A DNA stretch of 64,000 bases, taken from assembly GCA_041483135.1 (NCBI GenBank), contig JBGPFE010000017.1, forward strand, positions 5,546 through 69,545. Direction: 5' to 3'. This stretch comes from Gammaproteobacteria bacterium. Its GTDB lineage: Bacteria > Pseudomonadota > Gammaproteobacteria > Burkholderiales > SG8-41. Shown piece by piece: positions 1 through 7,440 of this stretch. A program made the position numbers and the translations under genes. Position 1 is the stretch's first letter, and every line of letters starts with the position of its first letter. Under the pieces are notes generated by a model. It was not told the origin of the DNA and ran no database searches. It saw nothing but the letters and a program-made list of their open reading frames with translations.

Positions 1-102
1 CGCTATCAGACCGGTGACGAAATGGCGCAGGCAATCAAGGCATGCATGGCAAGCGGCGGCGATGCCGCAGCGAAGCCGGATGTCGTTGATATCGGACTGT
101 AG
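1..102 (+). CDS. 3' end of an unidentified CDS running off the left edge
   Basis: Frame +1 is open from base 1 to TAG at 100-102 (..RYQTGDEMAQAIKACMASGGDAAAKPDVVDIGL*). Only 33 codons, so the product cannot be identified. Confidence 0.3.
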   Translation, partial: RYQTGDEMAQAIKACMASGGDAAAKPDVVDIGL

Positions 103-107
103 CGATC

Positions 108-935
108 ATGATGGCGAATCTCGGCACCGTGCTCGAAATCGCGACCGCCACCGATCCCGGCATGGTGCGCTCACACAACGAGGACAGCATCACCGCCAAT
201 GCTGAAATCGGTTTGGCGGTGCTCGCCGACGGCATGGGCGGCTACAACGCCGGCGAAGTCGCGAGCGGCATCGCGGTGGCGATGCTGACGACTGAAATGA
301 AGCAGGCGCTCGAGACGCGCGAGCCGCACGAAATCGACGGCGGCGGTGAGCCGCTGGCGGTCAAGCTGGTCAGGGAGAATTCGGCCAAGGCCAACGCCGC
401 AATCTTTCAGACTGCCAAGAGCCAGCCGCAGTATGCGGGCATGGGCACCACCCTGGTGGCGGTATTGTTTTTCGATAACCGCATGACGGTAGGCCACGTC
501 GGCGATTCACGTCTATACCGTCTGCGCCAGGACAAATTCGAGCAGATTACGCGCGACCACTCGCTGTTGCAGGAACAAATCGACAGCGGCATGATAACGA
601 AGGAGCAGGCACGCTACTCCCAGAACAAAAATCTGGTGACACGGGCGGTGGGCATCGACCCCGAAGTGGAAACAGAAGTCCACACTTACGATGTCGCGCC
701 AGGTGACATTTACCTGCTATGCTCGGACGGATTGAGCGACATGGTCATGGATGGAGACATACACTCTACATTGGATACGCTGCAATCGAACTTGCCGCTG
801 GCGGCGAAGCAACTGGTGCAACTCGCCAACGATAGCGGCGGACGTGACAACATTTCGGTGATTTTGGTGCGGGTGCTCGAGGATTTTGCGGTGCCGACGG
901 GATGGTTTGCCAAATTCAAGGCTTGGTTTAGATAA
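108..935 (+). CDS. PP2C-family Ser/Thr protein phosphatase
   Basis: PP2C motifs in the translation: RSHNEDS, ADGMGGYNAGEVAS, GTTLVAVLF, VGDSRLYR, LCSDGLSD, GGRDNISVILV. Confidence 0.9.
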   Translation: MMANLGTVLEIATATDPGMVRSHNEDSITANAEIGLAVLADGMGGYNAGEVASGIAVAMLTTEMKQALETREPHEIDGGGEPLAVKLVRENSAKANAAIFQTAKSQPQYAGMGTTLVAVLFFDNRMTVGHVGDSRLYRLRQDKFEQITRDHSLLQEQIDSGMITKEQARYSQNKNLVTRAVGIDPEVETEVHTYDVAPGDIYLLCSDGLSDMVMDGDIHSTLDTLQSNLPLAAKQLVQLANDSGGRDNISVILVRVLEDFAVPTGWFAKFKAWFR

Positions 936-956
936 TACGGTTACAGGGATACTGCC

Positions 957-1688
957 ATGGCGAAGTTGATTATGAGTCTGGACAACGCGGTGATCAGAGA
1001 GGTTCCGCTCGATAAGGAGCGCGTCACCATCGGTCGCAAAGCGCACAATGACATCCAGATCGACAATCTGGCCGTCAGCGGCGAGCATGCGTTGATCGTG
1101 ACGATACTGAACGATTCGTTCATGGAGGACCTCGGCAGTACCAATGGCACCCTGGTCAACGGCAATCCGGTCAAAAAGCACATACTGCAGAACAACGACG
1201 TGATCGAGATCGGCAAGTACAAGCTCAAATACGTGAGCGAAGCACCAGGCGGACAAGCATCGGTCGCCGATTTCGAGAAGACCATGGTCTTGCGCGCGCC
1301 GATGGCCAAGGCGGCGATGGAGGCCGCGCCCGCCGGCTTCGGCGATACGCAGGTCAGTCCCGCGGCAACCACGCAAAGCCAGCCGCCGCATGTGGCGGCG
1401 GCCACCGCCAAGCAGCCGGAAAAAATGGCGGCGATCCAGATATTGACCGGGCCCTCGGCGGGCAAGGAACTGGAGCTCACCAAGAATCTCACCACGCTCG
1501 GCAAACCCGGCGTGCAGGTGGCGGTGATCACGCGCCGGCCGCACGGTTATTTCATTACCCACGTCGAAGGCGCCAGTTTTCCGGTCATCAATGGCAAAGC
1601 ACTCGATGCCCAGGCGCACCAGCTCAACGATCACGACGTGATCGAGCTCGCGGGCGTGAAGATGGAGTTCTTCTTCAAGAACGGCTAG
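957..1688 (+). CDS. FHA-domain protein (N-terminal FHA plus a second C-terminal FHA-like domain)
   Basis: VTIGRKAHNDIQIDNLAVSGEHALI...GSTNGTLVNGNPV is a canonical FHA core. The C-terminus (LTTLGKPGVQVAVI...VINGKAL...DVIELAGVKMEF) repeats the pattern. Lies 21 bp after the PP2C gene. Confidence 0.85.
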   Translation: MAKLIMSLDNAVIREVPLDKERVTIGRKAHNDIQIDNLAVSGEHALIVTILNDSFMEDLGSTNGTLVNGNPVKKHILQNNDVIEIGKYKLKYVSEAPGGQASVADFEKTMVLRAPMAKAAMEAAPAGFGDTQVSPAATTQSQPPHVAAATAKQPEKMAAIQILTGPSAGKELELTKNLTTLGKPGVQVAVITRRPHGYFITHVEGASFPVINGKALDAQAHQLNDHDVIELAGVKMEFFFKNG

Positions 1689-1859
1689 GCCGCAATGCCC
1701 TGCCGGGCAGAAGCTGGCGCCCATATCCCAACTTAAATCATTGATAAAAACTATTTTATGGCCAGCGTTACTCGGCGATCCCGGCGCTGGTCACGCTTGC
1801 CAAGCTGCTTCAGCGAGCGGTCATAGCGTGGTCGCGCCTAACGGCGGCTGCGCGGTGTT

Positions 1860-1875
1860 TGGCACAGGACTTGCT
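1860..1875 (+). promoter_or_regulatory. Candidate sigma-54 (-24/-12) promoter for the cyclase-phosphodiesterase operon
   Basis: TGGCACAGGACTTGCT fits TGGCAC-N5-TTGCW exactly. It ends about 63 nt upstream of the TTG start at 1938, inside an otherwise unexplained 249-bp gap. An AT-rich stretch lies upstream at about 1730-1760. Confidence 0.6.
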
Positions 1876-1937
1876 GCATTGCGGGCGGAGGCCGACTGCG
1901 GCTGTGCGCAACAGCCGACTGCACCACAGGAGGCGGT

Positions 1938-4193
1938 TTGAAAAAACACATCGTTCGCATCGGCTTGGGCCTGGTCTTGGTGCTGGCGTTTCTCGCGCAC
2001 GCCGCAAAATGGGGAATTGGCAGCTGGACCTTCCAGCTGCCGCTGGTAAACCGGCTTGAGGCCGTCGTCTACGATACGCGGCTCGCGCTGACGATGCCGC
2101 GCACCGTCGACCCGAGTATCGTTATCCTCGATATCGACGAAAAAAGCCTCGCCGAGAAGGAGAAAGGCGGCGAGGGCCGCTGGCCGTGGCCGCGCGACCG
2201 CCTGGCGCTGCTGCTCGACAAGCTGTTCGACCATTACAAGATTGCGATCATCGGCTTCGACATTGTGTTCGCCGAGCGCGACGAAAGCTCGGGACTCAAG
2301 GTGCTGCAGCAACTCGCGCAAAAAGAGCTGAAGGACGTTGCGGGGTTTCAGGCGACTCTCAAACAACTGCAGCCGCAGCTCGAGTACGACCAGATTTTCG
2401 CCGAACACATGCGTAACCGGGCGGTGGTACTCGGCTACACGTTCACTCGCTTCGAGGGCGAAGGCAGCAAGAAAGGAGTGTTGCCGGCGCCGGTACTGCC
2501 GGCCGGCACGTTCGGCGGCAAGAACATCGACTTCGCGTCATTCCCCGGCTACACCGCGAACCTGCCCGAACTGCAGAAAAACGCAGCGAGCGCCGGGCAC
2601 TTCAGCCTGGATCCCGATCCCGACGGCATCCTGCGGCGCGTGCCGATGCTCGCCGAGTTTGGCGGCGCCTATTACGAACCGTTGTCGCTCGCGATCGTGC
2701 GCATGCTAATCGGCAGTCCGAATATCGTGCCGGGCTACCCGTCGGACAAGATCTGGTCGCGCAATTACTCGGGTCTCGAATGGCTCGAAGTCGGGCCGCT
2801 GCGCATCCCGGTCGATGAAAGGGTGAACGCGCTGATCCCCTACCGCGGTAAGCAGAAGAGCTTCAGTTATATTTCGGCGATCGATGTGATGAATGAGCGC
2901 GTCGATCCCGCGCAGCTCCAGGGCAAGATCTTGCTGGTCGGCACCACGGCGCCGGGCCTGCTCGACTTGCGCGCGACACCGGTCGAAGAGGTCTATCCGG
3001 GGGTGGAAATCCACGCCAACATGATCGCCGGCATGCGCGACGGCAATATCAAGCAGAAGCCGCCTTATGTGGTGGGCGCGGAATTCATGTCGCTGCTGCT
3101 GGCGGGGCTGGCCATGGCATTGCTGCTGCCGCTGCTCAATCCGCTCAAATCGTTGCTGGTAACGGTGGCGGTGCTGGTTGCTGTGCTGTTCACCAATTTG
3201 ATCGTGTTCCATTTCGGCAATCTGGTGCTGCCGCTGGCGTCGGGGTTGCTGTTGATCGCGCTCTTGTTCGCGCTCAACATGACTTACGGCTATTTCGTCG
3301 AAACCCGCGGCAAGCGCCAGATCACGGGGCTCTTCGGGCAGTATGTGCCGCCGGAACTCGTCGATGAAATGGCGAAGAACCCGGAAAGCTTCTCGATGGA
3401 AGGCGAATCCCGCGAGATGACGGTGTTGTTCAGCGACGTGCGCGGCTTCACCACCATTTCCGAGGGCCTCGACCCGAAGCAGCTGTCGCAGTTGATGAAC
3501 GAGTTCCTGACGCCGCTGACCGAGATCATCTACAAGCACCGCGGCACCATCGACAAGTACATGGGCGACTGCATCATGGCGTTCTGGGGCGCGCCGCTGT
3601 CCGATCCCAACCATGCGAGGAATGGAATTCTTGCCGGCCTCGAAATGCACGAAACGCTGAAACGGCTGCTGCCCGAGTTCAAGGCGCGCGGCTGGCCGGA
3701 GATCCGCATTGGCGTTGGCCTTAACACCGGCCGCATGAGCGTCGGCAACATGGGATCCCGCATCCGCCTCGCCTACACGGTGATGGGCGACGCCGTCAAT
3801 CTCGCCTCGCGACTGGAAGGCATCACAAAGGAATACGGCGCTGCTATCATAGTCGGCGAGGGCACCAAGAACGCGGTGCCCGATTTCGTGTTCCGCGAGA
3901 TCGACCGGGTGCGGGTGAAGGGCAAAGACGAGGCGGTCGCGATTTACGAGCCGTTCGGGTTGCAGGGGCAGGTCGAGAAAGCGAAACTCGACGAAATCAA
4001 GCTGTATGTCCAGTTTTTGCGGTTGTATCGCGCGCAGGACTGGGACCAGGCGGAGTTGCAGTTATTTAATTTGCAGAAGCAGGCGCCCGGCAGCGTGCTC
4101 TACAGCCACACGTTCGTGGAGCGGATCTCTTATCTGCGCGCCAATCCGCCCGGCAAGAGCTGGGACGGGGCGTTTACGTTCAAGACGAAATAA
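1938..4193 (+). CDS. CHASE2 sensor / class III adenylate cyclase (membrane-bound)
   Basis: TTG start preceded by AGGAGG (1928-1933). N-terminal signal/TM segment, long periplasmic CHASE2-like region, then a cluster of TM helices (res ~385-470). Cyclase core MTVLFSDVRGFTTISE, DKYMGDCIMAFWGAP, GVGLNTGRMSVGNMGS, YTVMGDAVNLASRLEG. By-eye alignment gives a Lys/Thr substrate pair, as in class IIIb adenylate cyclases. Confidence 0.9.
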   Translation: MKKHIVRIGLGLVLVLAFLAHAAKWGIGSWTFQLPLVNRLEAVVYDTRLALTMPRTVDPSIVILDIDEKSLAEKEKGGEGRWPWPRDRLALLLDKLFDHYKIAIIGFDIVFAERDESSGLKVLQQLAQKELKDVAGFQATLKQLQPQLEYDQIFAEHMRNRAVVLGYTFTRFEGEGSKKGVLPAPVLPAGTFGGKNIDFASFPGYTANLPELQKNAASAGHFSLDPDPDGILRRVPMLAEFGGAYYEPLSLAIVRMLIGSPNIVPGYPSDKIWSRNYSGLEWLEVGPLRIPVDERVNALIPYRGKQKSFSYISAIDVMNERVDPAQLQGKILLVGTTAPGLLDLRATPVEEVYPGVEIHANMIAGMRDGNIKQKPPYVVGAEFMSLLLAGLAMALLLPLLNPLKSLLVTVAVLVAVLFTNLIVFHFGNLVLPLASGLLLIALLFALNMTYGYFVETRGKRQITGLFGQYVPPELVDEMAKNPESFSMEGESREMTVLFSDVRGFTTISEGLDPKQLSQLMNEFLTPLTEIIYKHRGTIDKYMGDCIMAFWGAPLSDPNHARNGILAGLEMHETLKRLLPEFKARGWPEIRIGVGLNTGRMSVGNMGSRIRLAYTVMGDAVNLASRLEGITKEYGAAIIVGEGTKNAVPDFVFREIDRVRVKGKDEAVAIYEPFGLQGQVEKAKLDEIKLYVQFLRLYRAQDWDQAELQLFNLQKQAPGSVLYSHTFVERISYLRANPPGKSWDGAFTFKTK

Positions 4194-4195
4194 CG

Positions 4196-4969
4196 ATGGC
4201 ATCGATGAAACTGAGGATACTCGGCTGCAGCGGCGGCATCGGCGGCGACCTGCGCACCACCTCGATGCTGCTTGACCACGACGTCCTGATCGATGCCGGC
4301 ACCGGGGTCGGAGACTTGAGCATCGAGGAGCTTTCCCGTATCGATCACGTGTTTCTTACGCACTCGCATCTCGATCACGTGACGTCGATCCCGTTTCTGG
4401 TGGACACCGTGGGCTGGATGCGCGACAAGCCGATTACCGTGCATGCCATCGAGCCTACGCTCGAAATACTGCGCCAGCACCTTTTCAACTGGAAACTGTG
4501 GCCCGATTTCACGCAGATACCGGATGCGCAAAAACCGTTTTTGCGTTATCAGGCCGTCACGCTGGGCAAGACTGCGGAGGTTAACGGCCGCAAGTTGACG
4601 CCGTTGCCCGCCAACCACGTCGTGCCGGCAATCGGCTACCGTCTCGACTCGGGTCGCGCCAGCCTTGTGTTCACGGGCGACACCACCACCAACGATCCGC
4701 TGTGGCATGAGGTCAATAAGATCGACAATTTGCGCTATCTGATCATCGAGACCGCGTTTTGCAACAAGGAAAAGGACCTTGCCATCGCGTCCAAGCATTT
4801 GTGCCCGAGCATGCTCGCCGAGGAGCTCGTGAAACTCAAGCGCAAGGCCGAGGTCTATATAACGCATTTGAAGCCGGGAGAGATCGAGGTAACGATGCAG
4901 GAGATTCAGGAATGCGCGGGCGCCTGGAAGCCGCGCATGCTCGAAAACAACCAGGTTTTCGAACTGTAG
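4196..4969 (+). CDS. Class-II-like 3',5'-cyclic-nucleotide phosphodiesterase (metallo-beta-lactamase fold)
   Basis: MKLRILGCSGGIGG... and THSHLDHVTSIPFLVD resemble the class II cAMP-PDE signature HxHLDH. Start lies 2 bp after the cyclase stop. Confidence 0.75.
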   Translation: MASMKLRILGCSGGIGGDLRTTSMLLDHDVLIDAGTGVGDLSIEELSRIDHVFLTHSHLDHVTSIPFLVDTVGWMRDKPITVHAIEPTLEILRQHLFNWKLWPDFTQIPDAQKPFLRYQAVTLGKTAEVNGRKLTPLPANHVVPAIGYRLDSGRASLVFTGDTTTNDPLWHEVNKIDNLRYLIIETAFCNKEKDLAIASKHLCPSMLAEELVKLKRKAEVYITHLKPGEIEVTMQEIQECAGAWKPRMLENNQVFEL

Positions 4970-5041
4970 ACGGATAGCAGATTGGATTGGGATTTTCCCT
5001 GCAAATTTTGGTATGAGTGCTAGATGAGAGGTTGAGTCGCC

Positions 5042-7429
5042 ATGAGTACCGTACTCGAGAACAAACCCGTAGCGCAGGATAACCTTGCCGAGAAGCTGAA
5101 TTTCTCCAAGGGCCTGCAGTCGGTCGCCAACAAGATCCACGCGACCAGCAATATTGACGAGATCATGCTCGAATTGAGCCAGGAAATCTGCGGCCTGTTC
5201 AACGCCGACCGGCTCACGCTGTATCTCGTCAGCGAGGACAAGACCTCGATTATTTCGAAAGTCAAAACGGGCCTCAACTCGTTCAAGGATCTGAAGCTGC
5301 CGATCGCCGAACAGAGCATCGCCGGCTTCGTCGCGGTAAACAAGAAAATGATCAACATCCGCGACGTCTACGACGAGAAAGAACTCAAGTCCTACAGCCC
5401 GCAGCTCAATTTCCTGAAACAGGTCGACAACAAGACCGGCTATCGCACCAAGCAGATGCTGGTGGCGCCGGTGGTCGACGCGCAGAGCAAGGAACTGATC
5501 GGCGTGGTGCAAATCATCAACTCCAAGACCGGCCAGTCGTTCCCGCCGGTGATGGAGGAAGGGGCAACGCATCTGTGCGAAACGCTGGCGATCGCATTCC
5601 GCCAGCGCCAGAAGCCGGTGTCCATGGTCAAGGGGAAATACGACCATCTGGTTTCGAACGCGGTGATCTCCGCCGAGGAACTCGAGTTGGCGACGCGCTC
5701 GGCGCGGCGCAAGAACCTCGATATCGAAACCGTCCTGATCGACGAGTTCCAGGTCAAGTTGAGTTCGATCGGCGAGGCGCTCGCGGCCTACTTCGACGTG
5801 CCCTACGAGCCGCACAAGGCGGACCGGGTGAAGCCGATTGACCTGATGAAAAACATGAGCCGTGAATTCGTCGAAAGCAGCATGTGGGTGCCGATTGATG
5901 ACACAAAAGAGGGCATCATCGTGCTGACCACCGATCCGGAAAAAATCCGCGGCTCCAAGGTCGTCAATAACGTCTATCCGAAAAGCAAGATCGTCTACAA
6001 GGTGTGCTGCACCCGCGAGTTCGGCGCGACGCTTGATCTGTTTTTCGGCAGCGCTGCCGGCGGTACGCAGGGCATGGTGGACGACGGCACCAATATCGGC
6101 GATCTGCTTTCAGGCATGGATGACGAGGGCGCTGTCGAGGAAAATGAGGACGTCGAATCGGCAGCCGCGGACAACGAGGTCGTTAAGCTCGTCAACAAAG
6201 TCATCGTCGATGCCTACAAGCAAGGCGCATCGGATATCCACATCGAGCCTTATCCGGGCAAGGGAAAAACTGAAATCCGGTTCCGCAAGGACGGCTCGCT
6301 GGAGAATTACATTTCGGTGCCGGCGGCCTACCGCAGCGCGATTGCGGCGCGCCTGAAAATCATGTGCGATCTCGACATCTCGGAGCGGCGCAAGCCGCAG
6401 GACGGCAAGATCAAGTTCAAGAAGTACGGCCCGCTCGACATCGAGCTGCGGGTGGCAACGATCCCGTCGCAGGGCGGCGTCGAGGACATCGTGATGCGGA
6501 TTCTCGCCGCTGGCGAACCGATTCCGATCGACAAGCTCGGGCTGTCGAAGTACAACCTCGAGCAGTGCAAGGCCACGGTCTCGAAGCCGTACGGACTTTT
6601 TTTCGTGTGCGGGCCGACCGGTTCCGGCAAGACGACGACTCTGCATTCGGTGCTCGGCTATCTCAACACGCCGGACACGAAAATCTGGACCGCGGAAGAC
6701 CCGGTTGAAATCACGCAGCGGGGGCTGCGCCAGGTGCAGATGAACCCGAAAGCGGGGTTGACGTTCGCCATCGCGATGAAAGCCTTCCTGCGCGCCGACC
6801 CGGACATCATCATGGTCGGTGAGATGCGCGACAAGGAAACGGTGGGCACCGGCATTGAAGCGTCACTGACCGGCCACCTGGTGTTTGCCACGTTGCACAC
6901 CAACTCGGCGCCGGAATCGATCATCCGCCTGCTCGATATGGGCATGGACCCGTTCAACTTTGCCGACGCGCTGCTCGGCATCCTGGCGCAGCGCCTGACT
7001 AAACGCCTGTGCGGCAAATGCAAGAAGCCGCACGTTGCGACGAAGGAGGAACTGCGTGCGCTGCTGGATGAGTATTCGCTCGAAATGGTGCATACCGAAA
7101 CCTGGAAGAAAGACATGAAGGCCGCCAAGGAAAAGCAGTTCCAGGAATGGGTCAAGGAATTCGGCAATGAGAAAGGCGAGATCACGTTGTATGAACACGC
7201 CGGCTGCGAAGTGTGCCGCGACTCTGGCTATAAAGGCCGGGTTGGCTTGCACGAATTACTGATCGGCACTGACGCGATCAAGAAGAACATCCAGGAGCAC
7301 GCGCGTGTCGCCGAAATGTTCGCGACCGCGCTCGAGACCGGGATGCGCACGCTGAAGCAGGACGGCATCGAGAAAGTGCTGATGGGCACTACCGACATTC
7401 ACCAGGTGCGTGCAGTCTGTATCAAATAA
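5042..7429 (+). CDS. GspE/PilB-family secretion ATPase with N-terminal GAF domain
   Basis: GAF-like N-terminus (res ~30-190), then a T2SSE_N-like region. ATPase core has Walker A GPTGSGKTTTLHS, MVGEMRD, a His box ATLHTN, and a tetracysteine motif CGKC...CEVC followed by GYKGRVGLHELL. Confidence 0.9.
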   Translation: MSTVLENKPVAQDNLAEKLNFSKGLQSVANKIHATSNIDEIMLELSQEICGLFNADRLTLYLVSEDKTSIISKVKTGLNSFKDLKLPIAEQSIAGFVAVNKKMINIRDVYDEKELKSYSPQLNFLKQVDNKTGYRTKQMLVAPVVDAQSKELIGVVQIINSKTGQSFPPVMEEGATHLCETLAIAFRQRQKPVSMVKGKYDHLVSNAVISAEELELATRSARRKNLDIETVLIDEFQVKLSSIGEALAAYFDVPYEPHKADRVKPIDLMKNMSREFVESSMWVPIDDTKEGIIVLTTDPEKIRGSKVVNNVYPKSKIVYKVCCTREFGATLDLFFGSAAGGTQGMVDDGTNIGDLLSGMDDEGAVEENEDVESAAADNEVVKLVNKVIVDAYKQGASDIHIEPYPGKGKTEIRFRKDGSLENYISVPAAYRSAIAARLKIMCDLDISERRKPQDGKIKFKKYGPLDIELRVATIPSQGGVEDIVMRILAAGEPIPIDKLGLSKYNLEQCKATVSKPYGLFFVCGPTGSGKTTTLHSVLGYLNTPDTKIWTAEDPVEITQRGLRQVQMNPKAGLTFAIAMKAFLRADPDIIMVGEMRDKETVGTGIEASLTGHLVFATLHTNSAPESIIRLLDMGMDPFNFADALLGILAQRLTKRLCGKCKKPHVATKEELRALLDEYSLEMVHTETWKKDMKAAKEKQFQEWVKEFGNEKGEITLYEHAGCEVCRDSGYKGRVGLHELLIGTDAIKKNIQEHARVAEMFATALETGMRTLKQDGIEKVLMGTTDIHQVRAVCIK

Positions 7430-7440
7430 CGCCCGTCGCC

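Noticed and set aside
717-1724. 335-aa ORF on the minus strand across the PP2C and FHA genes
   Set aside because: It is antisense to two ORFs with clear domain motifs. The translation is Arg/His/Leu-rich with no motif, a typical shadow ORF in GC-rich DNA.
1741-1941. 66-aa Cys-containing ORF ending in a TTTGA overlap with the cyclase start
   Set aside because: It has many A/T-ending codons, unlike the flanking genes, and no signal peptide or motif. The same DNA is better explained by a sigma-54 promoter and 5' UTR.
4130-5815. 561-aa minus-strand ORF spanning the PDE gene and the start of the GspE-like gene
   Set aside because: It is antisense to two well-supported genes and crosses their intergenic spacer. 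The composition is shadow-like (R, H, L, D, V runs) and no motifs are present.
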